Assembly: GCA_900617105.1 (NCBI GenBank)
Contig: UYFQ01000001.1
Span: forward strand, 2,170,001-2,234,000
Length of the DNA: 64,000 nt
Reading direction: 5' to 3'
DNA from: Hydrurus foetidus
Lineage: Eukaryota
Every line of letters starts with the position of its first letter. Positions within the stretch are counted from its first letter, which is position 1. Under the pieces are notes generated by a model. The model made no database searches and was not told the origin of the DNA. It saw only the letters and a list, made by a program, of their open reading frames with translations. Positions 28,512 through 37,660 of this stretch are shown piece after piece. A program made the translations under genes and the position numbers.

Positions 28512-28750
28512 GGTGGCAGTTTTCCCCAACAAAACCAAGACTTTTACTTGCCAGACTTAAATAGTTTGCTGCAATAAAAAGAGCGTTAAACCACGCAAGC
28601 TTTGAGATTTGAATTTGAGTCAGCATGACCGCGATTTTGACTGCTTTCCGATGCTTCGCACATCTGCGCAATGCGAAATCTGCAGCAAAAGTCAGTTTTT
28701 AGAAGTGTAGTGATCGAAAAAACGCCATTTTTAACAATATTTAGGTATGT

Positions 28751-28804
28751 ATTTGGCCAACGGCCCAATAAATACGGGCGTAAGCAGCTACTGAATAAAT
28801 AGCA
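28751..28804 (+). repeat. two-hairpin repeat, copy 5
   Basis: GGCCCAATAAATACGGGCGTAAGCAGCTACTGAATAAATAGCA. Confidence 0.92.
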
Positions 28805-28924
28805 TTAATATTTCACTAGCGACGTGAACATCTTGCGGAACTTGGCTACCTTCAGCCCAGCCGCTGCCACGCGGTAGCGCGGTTGCAATGAATAGCGGTA
28901 GCCGACATGAAGTTTAGAAAAGCA

Positions 28925-29881
28925 TCAGGTTTTCGCCCGGCTGAACACAAAAATGCCGGCAATCACCAGCACGGTTCCAGCGGCTACCCAGGCGGTAAAT
29001 GGCTCACCCAAAATCACCACGCCCATCAAAATAGTCGACAGCGGCCCCACCATGCCGGTTTGCGCTGTCAGGCCCGAGCCGATGCGCTCAATGGCCATCA
29101 TCACCATCACCACTGGCACTGCCGTGCAGGCAGTAGCGTTTAGCAGCGACAGCCACACCACTTCGGGCGCGACCAGCGCAGCACTCAGCGGGCGCAGCAG
29201 CACGAACTGCGCGATGCACAGCAGGCAGGCCACCGTGGTAGCCAAGCCCACCAAGCGCAACGCGCCGAGGCGCTTGACCAGCTCGCCGCTGTAAATCAGG
29301 TAAATCGCGTAACTGACTGCGCTTGCAAAAACCAGCAATGCGCCTAAAGCCGCGTTGCTGCGTACGCCGGATCCCTGCACAGCCAGTTCATGCCCAAACA
29401 CCAGCGCCACACCGCAATAGCTGATCGCCATGCCCAGCATTTGCCGGGGCTTGATTTTGCGCTGGTACAGCGCCCAGCCAAGCAGCATGACCAGAGTGGG
29501 GTTCAGGTACAAAATCAACCGTTCAAGCGACGCGCTGATGTACGCCAGCCCGGCAAAGTCTAAAAAACTGGCGAGGTAGTACCCCGTAAAACCCAGCCCC
29601 AACACGCCCAGCCAATCGCTCTTGGCCAACGGCGCTTTGCCCCGACTGGCCCACCACGCCATGGCTGCAAAAATCGGCAGCGCAAACAACATGCGCAGCA
29701 TGATCAGCGTGACCGCATCCACCCCGTAGCGGTAAGCCAGTTTGACGATGATCGCTTTGCCGCTAAAAGCAATCGCGCCCAACACAGCCAGCAAAAGGCC
29801 CGCGCCCAGTGGTTTTGCGACTGACGTATTTGCTATATTATTAATAGCTGCTCGCGCCCGTATTGATTGGGCTATAGGCAC
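28925..29881 (-). CDS. DMT/EamA family transporter
   Basis: About 10 TM helices in two EamA repeats (SLERLILYLNP, ILGEP). Confidence 0.9.
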   Translation of the reverse strand: MPIAQSIRARAAINNIANTSVAKPLGAGLLLAVLGAIAFSGKAIIVKLAYRYGVDAVTLIMLRMLFALPIFAAMAWWASRGKAPLAKSDWLGVLGLGFTGYYLASFLDFAGLAYISASLERLILYLNPTLVMLLGWALYQRKIKPRQMLGMAISYCGVALVFGHELAVQGSGVRSNAALGALLVFASAVSYAIYLIYSGELVKRLGALRLVGLATTVACLLCIAQFVLLRPLSAALVAPEVVWLSLLNATACTAVPVVMVMMAIERIGSGLTAQTGMVGPLSTILMGVVILGEPFTAWVAAGTVLVIAGIFVFSRAKT

Positions 29882-29886
29882 TATTT
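29831..29886 (-). repeat. two-hairpin repeat, copy 6 (overlaps predicted start of the DMT gene)
   Basis: Minus strand GCCTATAGCCCAATCAATACGGGCGCGAGCAGCTATTAATAATATAGCA. Confidence 0.92.
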
Positions 29887-29911
29887 ATGCTGATTTTCAG
29901 CATTTTTTGGC

Positions 29912-31609
29912 CTAAAATCCGACCGCTTGGCCGTCGCGCCGCGAATCGCTGGCGGCCACGTAGCCTTCAACTTTCGGGTCGCCTGCCCGCCAGATAAATT
30001 GGCCCGCGCCAAAGTCTTGATACGAATCATTAATAACGTCCATGCGGTGCCCGCGTTGGGCCAGCGCCTGCACCACGTCCGGGTTCATGGCAGCTTCAAC
30101 GTTGATGTCCAGCCCCGCATTGAAGCGCCAGCGCGGTGCATCACAAGCCGCCTGTGGGTTTTGTTGGTAGTCGAGCATGCGCACCAGCGTTTGCATGTGG
30201 CCTTGCGGCTGCATGTTGCCGCCCATCACGCCGTAGCTCATGACGGGCTCGATGTTGGTGATGGTGAGACCTGCAGGGGATCCCTCACCCCGGCCCTCTC
30301 CCGTGCTCGGGAGAGGGTGACCAATCGAGCTGAGAGGGGCCTTTGGCTTACTCAGGAAGGCCGGAATAATCGTGTGAAACGGCCGCTTGCCGGGCGCGAC
30401 TTGGTTAAAGCCTGCATCCAAGCTAAACCCATGCCCCCGGTTTTGCAGGCTCACGCCAAATTCAGGTTCAACACAGCCCGAGCCAAAACCCATGTAATTG
30501 CTTTGAATAAAGCTGACCATCATGCCGTCTTCGTCGGCGGTGGTGAGGTAAATCGTGCCGCCTTTGACCGGATTGCCCGCACCAAAATCTTGCGCTTTTT
30601 TCATGTCGATCAGTTTGGCGCGGCTGGCCAGGTACGCGTCATCCAGCATTTGCTCGGGCGTTACTGCCATCGACGACGGGTCGGCCACGTATTTGTACAC
30701 ATCGGCAAAGGCCAGCTTCATGGCTTCAATCTGCAGGTGCTGCGAATCCGCACCGTCTAGCGCCATGCTGGCCACATCAAAGTTACCCAAAATACCGAGC
30801 GCAATCAGTGCGGCAATACCTTGGCCGTTGGGCGGAATTTCATGCAGCGTGTAGCCCCGGTAGTGCTTGGCAATCGGTTTGACCCATTCTGGCTGGTAGT
30901 TTTCAAAATCTTTGAGCGTGTGACTGCCGCCATTAGCTTGCGAAAATTTGACAATTGCCTGAGCGATTGCGCCTTTGTAGAACGCTTGGCCTTTTGATTC
31001 GGCAATGGCCCGCAAGCCTTTGGCAGCCGCCTTGAATTGAAACAGCTCGCCGACTGCGGGCGCGCGACCATGTGGCAAAAAGGCATTGGCAAAACCGGGC
31101 AGGCCTTGCAGTTCAGGCGTGGCGGCTTCCCATTTTTGCTGCACCACGGGCGGTAGCAAATAGCCGCGCTCGGCAATGTCGATGGCGGGCTGCATCAGGT
31201 CAGTAAACGGCAGCTTGCCAAATCGCTCGCTGAGCGCTGCCCAACTAGCCACCGCGCCAGGGACAGTGACAGAGTCCATACCGCGCTTGGGCGGGGTGTG
31301 GGTGCCAGGGTACTTGCTGTGAAAGTACTGCGGCGTCCACGCTTGCGGCGCCGGGCCAGAAGCGTTCAGGCCATGCAAGGCTTTGCCGTCCCACACGATG
31401 CAAAACGAGTCGCTGCCCAGCCCGTTGCTAACCGGCTCAACAATCGTCATGGCGGCGGCCGCTGCAATGGCGGCGTCTACCGCGTTGCCCCCAAGCAGCC
31501 GCATGCGCAGGCCAGCAGTAGCCGCCAACGGGTGCGAGGTAGACACCACGTTACGGGCAAAAACAGGAATGCGGGTGGTGGGGTACGGATTGTTGAAGTT
31601 GAAGTTCAT
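29912..31609 (-). CDS. ggt: gamma-glutamyltransferase family protein
   Basis: GGNAVDAA, PPNGQG, catalytic GGTIYL, PGKRPFHTIIP, GVMGG. Confidence 0.93.
   Translation of the reverse strand: MNFNFNNPYPTTRIPVFARNVVSTSHPLAATAGLRMRLLGGNAVDAAIAAAAAMTIVEPVSNGLGSDSFCIVWDGKALHGLNASGPAPQAWTPQYFHSKYPGTHTPPKRGMDSVTVPGAVASWAALSERFGKLPFTDLMQPAIDIAERGYLLPPVVQQKWEAATPELQGLPGFANAFLPHGRAPAVGELFQFKAAAKGLRAIAESKGQAFYKGAIAQAIVKFSQANGGSHTLKDFENYQPEWVKPIAKHYRGYTLHEIPPNGQGIAALIALGILGNFDVASMALDGADSQHLQIEAMKLAFADVYKYVADPSSMAVTPEQMLDDAYLASRAKLIDMKKAQDFGAGNPVKGGTIYLTTADEDGMMVSFIQSNYMGFGSGCVEPEFGVSLQNRGHGFSLDAGFNQVAPGKRPFHTIIPAFLSKPKAPLSSIGHPLPSTGEGRGEGSPAGLTITNIEPVMSYGVMGGNMQPQGHMQTLVRMLDYQQNPQAACDAPRWRFNAGLDINVEAAMNPDVVQALAQRGHRMDVINDSYQDFGAGQFIWRAGDPKVEGYVAASDSRRDGQAVGF
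30282..30317. repeat. REP-like hairpin CCCTCACCCCGGCCCTCTCCC-N6-GGGAGAGGG inside ggt
   Basis: Perfect 9-bp stem; translated as HPLPSTGEGRGEG. Confidence 0.8.
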
Positions 31610-31624
31610 GGCGCTTGGGAGTTT

Positions 31625-31652
31625 GCAGTTGGCAGTTGGCAGTTGGCAGTTG
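31625..31652. repeat. heptamer tandem repeat (GCAGTTG)x4
   Basis: Read directly; just upstream of the ggt start. Confidence 0.9.
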
Positions 31653-31686
31653 GCGTGGTGGCTGTTGGCGTGGTGACTTGGTTTGA

Positions 31687-32655
31687 CTATTCAACAACGA
31701 TTTTGCGATCAGCAATGATTTTCTTCCACTTGGTATTGTCTGCTTTAACCATGCTGGCAAACGCTTGCGGCGTGCCGCCAGTGGGCTCGGCGCCCAAGCG
31801 GGCGAAACGCTCTTTGACGTCTGCATCAGCCAGCGCCGCGTTGACTGCCTGGTTGACTTTGGCAGTCAAGTCAGCGGGCAGTGCTTTCGGGCCGTACAGG
31901 CCAAACCAGGTAACTGATTCAAACCCCGGCAATACCTCAGACACTGTTGGCAAATCGGGCGCCAGTGCGGTGCGCTTCAAACTGGTGACGGCCAACGCCC
32001 GCAGTTTGCCGTCTTTGACATGCGGCATACCCGTCACAAATGAGTCAAACATCACATCAACCTTGCCGCTGACCAAATCAGGAATCGCCAGCGCAGTGCC
32101 GCGATAGGGAATGTGCAAAATAAAAGTGTCTGACTGGGCTTTGAAATACTCGGTGGTCAGGTGAACGATGGTGCCGTTGCCGCTAGACGCGTAGTTCAGC
32201 TTGCCTGGGCTTTTGCGTGCGTAATCGATCAATTCGCGCATGGTTTTAACTGGCAGCGTGTTGGGCACCACCACCACATTAGGCGAGCTGGCAACGTAGG
32301 CAATCGGCGTGAAATCAGCTTCTGCGCTATACGGAATTTTTGGGTTTGCTGCTGGGCCAATGCTGTGCGTGCTGCTGGTGGCCAGCAGCAGTGTGTAGCC
32401 GTCTGGTGCAGATTTTGAAGCCGCATCGGCACCAATCGTGCCGCCCGCGCCGGGCCGGTTTTCAACCACCACGGTTTGGCCGATTTTTTCACCCAGCTTT
32501 TGCGACAACGCTCTTGCCAAAATATCGGTGGCACCGCCCGCCGGAAAAGGCACGATGAGCCGAATCGGTTTGGCCGGATACGTTTGCGCAAGGCCAACGG
32601 CGGGTGCAAACGCGCAGCTGATTGACGCTGCCAAAACTAAAAGACGTCGTTTCAT
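31687..32655 (-). CDS. tripartite tricarboxylate transporter substrate-binding protein (Bug/TctC)
   Basis: PFPAGGATD, VENRPGAGG, PDGYTLL, IPYRG; start at ATG 32655. Confidence 0.95.
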   Translation of the reverse strand: MKRRLLVLAASISCAFAPAVGLAQTYPAKPIRLIVPFPAGGATDILARALSQKLGEKIGQTVVVENRPGAGGTIGADAASKSAPDGYTLLLATSSTHSIGPAANPKIPYSAEADFTPIAYVASSPNVVVVPNTLPVKTMRELIDYARKSPGKLNYASSGNGTIVHLTTEYFKAQSDTFILHIPYRGTALAIPDLVSGKVDVMFDSFVTGMPHVKDGKLRALAVTSLKRTALAPDLPTVSEVLPGFESVTWFGLYGPKALPADLTAKVNQAVNAALADADVKERFARLGAEPTGGTPQAFASMVKADNTKWKKIIADRKIVVE

Positions 32656-32743
32656 GGTGCTCCCCCTGGTTAAATATTCAAGCCGCAAAATGCATTGTGT
32701 CTCAGCAAAAATCACGCCACGCTCGACAAATTCCCCACCCAAT

Positions 32744-32768
32744 AAAAAAGCACCCGAAGGTGCTTTTT
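32744..32768. terminator. rho-independent terminator after tctA
   Basis: AAAAAAGCACC-CGAA-GGTGCTTTTT. Confidence 0.85.
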
Positions 32769-32786
32769 AACGACGGCCGCTGTAGG

Positions 32787-34298
32787 TCATTCTTCAACAA
32801 AAGCTTCTTCTCGCTTGTTTTTAACCGCCGGGAGCAGCACGATGATCAGCATCAGCAAACCCGCCGCCAACAAACCCGCTGACAACGGACGCGTGACAAA
32901 CACCGACCAGTCGCCGCGGGACAGCAACAGCGCACGGCGCAGGTTTTCTTCCATCATGGGGCCCAAAATAAAACCGAGCAACAGCGGCGCGGGCTCGCAG
33001 CCCAGTTTGACGAACAAATAGCCAATGACCCCGAACGCACCGACTGTCCAGATATCAAAACTGTTGTTGTTGGTCGAGTACACGCCAATCGCGCAGAACA
33101 GCACAATTGACGGAAACAAATAGCGGTATGGCACGGTCAGCAGCTTGATCCACATGCCAATCAGCGGCAGGTTCAAAATAATCAGCATGGCGTTGCCAAT
33201 CCACATCGACGCAATCAGCCCCCAAAATAATTCGGGGTTGCTGGTCATCACCTGGGGGCCGGGCTGAATGTTGTGAATAGTCATGGCGCCGACCATCAAC
33301 GCCATCACGGCGTTTGGTGGAATGCCCAACGTAAGCAGCGGAATGAAAGACGTTTGCGCGCCCGCATTGTTGGCTGACTCAGGGGCAGCAACGCCGCGGA
33401 TGTTGCCTTGACCAAAAGGCACTTCGCCCGGCTTCATCTTGATTTTCTTTTCTAGTGCGTAAGCCGCAAAAGCCGCTAAAAGCGCGCCGCCACCCGGCAA
33501 AATGCCAAGCGCGGATCCTAAAAATGTGCCGCGCAAAACCGCTGGCGCCATATCTTTGAAGTCTTGCTTGGTGGGGAACAGGCCTGTCACCTTCGCCGTG
33601 AAAACCTCGCGGTCGTCCTCGGGCTGAGCCAAGTTGCTGATGATCTCGCCATAGCCGAACACACCCATCGCAATCACCACAAAGCCGATACCGTCGGTCA
33701 GCTCAGGAATGTCAAAGCTAAAGCGAGCAACGCCTGAATTAACGTCGGTACCCACCAAGCCAAGCAGCAGCCCAAGAACAATCATGGCAACCGCTTTGAG
33801 CAGTGAGCCGGAAGCCAGCACCACCGCGCCAATCAGGCCCAACACCATTAATGCGAAGTACTCCGCTGGGCCAAATTTAAAGGCCAGCTCGGTCAAAGGC
33901 GGCGCAAATGCGGCCAGTATTAAAGTGCCTACGCAACCCGCAAAAAACGACCCCAGGCCAGCAGCCGCCAGAGCGGGCCCCGCTCGGCCTTTTCGAGCCA
34001 TTTGATAGCCGTCAATACAGGTCACCACAGACGACGACTCACCCGGTAAGTTCACCAAGATGGCAGTGGTTGAGCCGCCATATTGCGCGCCATAGTAAAT
34101 ACCTGCCAGCATGATCAAGGCCGACACTGGCGGCAGTGCATAAGTCGCAGGCAACAGCATGGCAATCGTGGCTACTGGCCCAATGCCGGGCAACACCCCA
34201 ATCAGCGTGCCGAGCAGACAGCCGACAAATGCGTACAGCAAGTTGATCGGTGTAAAGGCAACCCCAAAGCCTAGTGACAGATTAGCAATCAGATCCAT
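32787..34298 (-). CDS. tctA: tripartite tricarboxylate transporter large permease
   Basis: GVLPGIG, YYGAQYGGS, APESANNA, LTLGIP. Confidence 0.95.
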   Translation of the reverse strand: MDLIANLSLGFGVAFTPINLLYAFVGCLLGTLIGVLPGIGPVATIAMLLPATYALPPVSALIMLAGIYYGAQYGGSTTAILVNLPGESSSVVTCIDGYQMARKGRAGPALAAAGLGSFFAGCVGTLILAAFAPPLTELAFKFGPAEYFALMVLGLIGAVVLASGSLLKAVAMIVLGLLLGLVGTDVNSGVARFSFDIPELTDGIGFVVIAMGVFGYGEIISNLAQPEDDREVFTAKVTGLFPTKQDFKDMAPAVLRGTFLGSALGILPGGGALLAAFAAYALEKKIKMKPGEVPFGQGNIRGVAAPESANNAGAQTSFIPLLTLGIPPNAVMALMVGAMTIHNIQPGPQVMTSNPELFWGLIASMWIGNAMLIILNLPLIGMWIKLLTVPYRYLFPSIVLFCAIGVYSTNNNSFDIWTVGAFGVIGYLFVKLGCEPAPLLLGFILGPMMEENLRRALLLSRGDWSVFVTRPLSAGLLAAGLLMLIIVLLPAVKNKREEAFVEE

Positions 34299-34330
34299 TA
34301 TTTGTCCTGGTTTTTGTTATTTAAAAGGCT

Positions 34331-34819
34331 TCAGCGAGTCAATAAAGCCGGCCAGACCGGGAACTGTAATTTGAGCACCATCACAAAGGCAACATAGCTC
34401 CCAACAGCCAACACAGTTGCCAATATGAACGTGTTTTTGACCTTCCATCCAGGCTCAGCCATGCTGGAGATAAACGTCAGCGCGTAAATTCCCACAATCA
34501 TGCCCATGGCAGGCAGCTTAAAAGCAGGCAGCCCGGCCAGCAACACACCAAAGGCCAGGTTGGCCAAAATAATGAACACCAAAGGCTTCCAGGCCCATTT
34601 GCCAATCTTGTCGCCGCCAACAGTTTCAACCACCAGCGACTTGAACGTAATGGCTGCACCCAGCACCGCCATCAGCACGCCCAGCATCAACGGAAAATAC
34701 CCTGGGCCCATGCGTGCACCGCTGCCCACGTTGTAGGTAGTGGCGCCCCAAGCGAATGCCACGCCTACCGCCATAAACATCAGGCCTGAGAAAAAGTCTT
34801 TTTGACTTTTGATATTCAC
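34331..34819 (-). CDS. tctB: tripartite tricarboxylate transporter small subunit
   Basis: MGPGYFP motif, several TM helices, upstream of tctA. Confidence 0.9.
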   Translation of the reverse strand: MNIKSQKDFFSGLMFMAVGVAFAWGATTYNVGSGARMGPGYFPLMLGVLMAVLGAAITFKSLVVETVGGDKIGKWAWKPLVFIILANLAFGVLLAGLPAFKLPAMGMIVGIYALTFISSMAEPGWKVKNTFILATVLAVGSYVAFVMVLKLQFPVWPALLTR

Positions 34820-34927
34820 GATTGATTTCCTTCGCTATGTTCGATAACTAATTATGCATAAATTTATGCTGCCAGAAATTGCCGTTTTCACCTAGTCAGC
34901 ACCAGTAAAACCAATGATTCCAGGCCG

Positions 34928-36721
34928 TTATGACATGGGCGGCGTTGATGCCAAAATTTCATCAATTGTCGTCACACCTTCGGCTACTTTGAGCACGCCG
35001 CCCAAGCGCAGCGGCCGCATGCCGTCCAGCACCGCTTGCCTGCGCAGCGCGTCAATGCTGGGCTCTTTGGTAACTTTGTCTTTGAAGCCTTCAGTGACCG
35101 TGAGCAGCTCGTACAAACCCATGCGGCCTCTAAAACCAGTTAGGCGGCAATCCACACAGCCGACGGCCTTGTACGGCCGATAGCCGCCGTTGATTTGCCA
35201 AGGCGACACCAGCTCGCTCAGCGTTTCGCGCGCCATGTCGTCGTCTTTTTCGCGGCAGTTGGTGCAAAGCGTGCGCACCAAGCGCTGCGCCAACACGCCG
35301 AGCAACGTGGCGTTAATCAAGTAGGCAGGTATGCCGAGTTCCATCAAACGAGACACCGCCGACGGCGCATCATTGGTGTGCAGCGTGCTAAAAACCAAAT
35401 GCCCGGTGAGCGCTGCCTGCACGGCCATTTCAGCGGTTTGCAAATCGCGAATTTCTCCCACCATGATGATGTCGGGGTCTTGGCGCATCAACGACCGCAG
35501 GCCTTCCGGAAAGTCAAAATCGAGGTGCGGCTGAACCTGCGTTTGATTAAACGAAGGCTCAATCATCTCGATTGGGTCTTCAACTGTGCTGACATTCACT
35601 GCCTCAGTCGCCAGGCGTTTGAGCGTTGAATACAGCGTGGTGGTTTTGCCTGAACCAGTAGGGCCAGTCACCAAAATGATGCCATGCGGGCGCTTGACCA
35701 GTTGCTGCCAGCGCTCGGCATCGTGGTCAGCAAAGCCCAGCGCGTCAAGGTCTTTAGCGGTGGAGTCGGGGTCAAAAATACGCATGACCATTTTTTCGCC
35801 AAACGCAGTGGGCAGCGTTGACAGGCGCATTTCGACTTCATCACCGCGCGGATTACGGGTTTTAATGCGGCCATCTTGCGGACGACGTTTTTCAATGACG
35901 TCCATGCGGCCCAGCAATTTGATCCGCGCTGTCATGGCGTTGTGCACGCCCATCGGCATTTGGTAGACCAGGTGCAGCATGCCGTCGATGCGAAAGCGAA
36001 TCACGCCCTGCTCCCGCCGCGGCTCCAGGTGAATGTCACTCGCCCGCTGGTCAAACGCGTATTGCCAGAGCCAGTCCACCACCTGCACCACACCCTGATC
36101 ATTGGCGTCAAGTTGTTTGCTGGTTTTATTGAGCTCCACAAGCTGCTCAAAACTGGCAGCGCCCGCGTTGCCGCCCGATTTAAGCGCCGCTTTTACCGAC
36201 TTGGCGAGCGAGAAAAACTCGGCCGTGTACTTTGAAATATCCAGTGGATTGGACACCACCAAGCGCACGCGACGTTTAGAGTGGCGCTCCACTTCACTGA
36301 CCCAGTCTGTCAAAAATGGCTCGGACGTGGCCACCACAACTTCAGCCGGAGTGACTTGCACCGGCAGCACTTTATGCCGCTCTGCATAAACCGCAGACAT
36401 GCTGTCTGCGACTTTGCCCACGTCTACCTTTAATGGGTCAATGCGCAGGTAGTTCAGGTTGGCTCTGCCCGCAAGCCATTGCGCCATGGTGTCAATGTCC
36501 AGCGGCTTGCCGTCGGCCATGCGGGTCATGCTAACGCTGGCCAAACGTACCAAGGGAGCTTGCGAGCTTTGCACCTGCGAGCACCGCGCAATGGTGCGCG
36601 CCGCTTCTGCCGGGCTGATGATGCCGTCTTCACTCAACCACTCAACCAATATGCGCCAGTCCAGCGGGCCTGTGTGGGGCGCTTTCGGGGCAGGCTTGCG
36701 TAGCGACGTTTGGGAGGACAT
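34928..36721 (-). CDS. GspE/PulE/PilB family secretion ATPase
   Basis: ASDIHLEP, GPTGSGKTT, RQDPDIIMVGEIRD, two CxxC motifs. Confidence 0.93.
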   Translation of the reverse strand: MSSQTSLRKPAPKAPHTGPLDWRILVEWLSEDGIISPAEAARTIARCSQVQSSQAPLVRLASVSMTRMADGKPLDIDTMAQWLAGRANLNYLRIDPLKVDVGKVADSMSAVYAERHKVLPVQVTPAEVVVATSEPFLTDWVSEVERHSKRRVRLVVSNPLDISKYTAEFFSLAKSVKAALKSGGNAGAASFEQLVELNKTSKQLDANDQGVVQVVDWLWQYAFDQRASDIHLEPRREQGVIRFRIDGMLHLVYQMPMGVHNAMTARIKLLGRMDVIEKRRPQDGRIKTRNPRGDEVEMRLSTLPTAFGEKMVMRIFDPDSTAKDLDALGFADHDAERWQQLVKRPHGIILVTGPTGSGKTTTLYSTLKRLATEAVNVSTVEDPIEMIEPSFNQTQVQPHLDFDFPEGLRSLMRQDPDIIMVGEIRDLQTAEMAVQAALTGHLVFSTLHTNDAPSAVSRLMELGIPAYLINATLLGVLAQRLVRTLCTNCREKDDDMARETLSELVSPWQINGGYRPYKAVGCVDCRLTGFRGRMGLYELLTVTEGFKDKVTKEPSIDALRRQAVLDGMRPLRLGGVLKVAEGVTTIDEILASTPPMS

Positions 36722-36785
36722 AGGGGTGAGTTTAAGAAGGCAAGCCTAAGAGCTAAACAACTTACGCACTTTAACTTACTCCAGT

Positions 36786-37562
36786 TCAGACCACGGGCTT
36801 AAACAGCCGCAGCCACTTCCTGGCGGGCAAGTCCCAGTTGGACGCAATTTCGTCGGCGCGCTGCGCCAGGTCTGCGCGCTCAGGCCGGGTCGGATCGCGC
36901 TGTGCAAGCACCACAGTGTTGCCTTCCCGCGTTGGCGTAAACGCCCACACACCCTGGGGGCCGAACACCTCGGCAATTTTGGCAAGAGACTGCGCATAGC
37001 TTGAATTGCGGCCAAACAAGTTGACCGTCATCCCGCCGTTTTCGGCCAGCAGCTCGTAGCAGTCTTGGTAAAACGCCGCGCTGTCCAGCACCGGCGCGGC
37101 CGCTTCGTGGTCGTACAAATCAACATGTAGCAGGTCAACGGTGCCTTGATGCATGGGTTTTTTGATTTCTACCGCCGCGTCAGCTTCAATCACGCGCAAA
37201 CGCAGGTCGTCTTTCGGCAACTTGAACCACACCCTGCATGCGGTGATCACCTGCGCGTTGATTTCAATGGCGGTGGTTTTCATGCGCAGCTTTTTGTAGC
37301 AGAACTTGGTCAGCGCGCCCGAGCCCAAGCCCAACTGCATGGCATGCAACTTGGGCACAGCGCGGGCGTCAACAAACAGCAGCCCCGCCATCATGCGCTG
37401 AACATATTCAAGTTCAATTTGGTAGGGCTGGTCAATCAACATTGAGCCCTGCACCCAGTCGGTGCCTAAATGAAGATAGCGAACGTCACCAAAATCTGAA
37501 AAATTAACCTCTGGCAAAGGTGCTGGGGCGGTAATGACTTTTTTAGTGGCGATTTTGGTCAT
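36786..37562 (-). CDS. spermidine-synthase-like SAM-dependent methyltransferase
   Basis: WVQGSM, LEYVQRMM, LGLGSGAL, VDLYD. Confidence 0.8.
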   Translation of the reverse strand: MTKIATKKVITAPAPLPEVNFSDFGDVRYLHLGTDWVQGSMLIDQPYQIELEYVQRMMAGLLFVDARAVPKLHAMQLGLGSGALTKFCYKKLRMKTTAIEINAQVITACRVWFKLPKDDLRLRVIEADAAVEIKKPMHQGTVDLLHVDLYDHEAAAPVLDSAAFYQDCYELLAENGGMTVNLFGRNSSYAQSLAKIAEVFGPQGVWAFTPTREGNTVVLAQRDPTRPERADLAQRADEIASNWDLPARKWLRLFKPVV

Positions 37563-37600
37563 GCGTTAGGGTATTGATTTGCAGTTTTCAAAGCTGTATT

Positions 37601-37655
37601 TACTATTATTTCAGGAGCTGTTCACGCCCGTATTTATTAGGCTACGGCACTAAAA
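37601..37655 (-). repeat. two-hairpin repeat, copy 7
   Basis: Minus strand GTAGCCTAATAAATACGGGCGTGAACAGCTCCTGAAATAATAGTA. Confidence 0.88.
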
Positions 37656-37660
37656 CACTC

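Noticed and set aside
28510..28750. Integron integrase remnant
   Set aside because: No tyrosine-recombinase motifs recognisable; the short ORFs here look non-coding.
34928..36721. Isolated GspE/PulE ATPase as a novel secretion system
   Set aside because: No other T2SS/T4P genes adjacent; stand-alone paralogs are common in betaproteobacteria.
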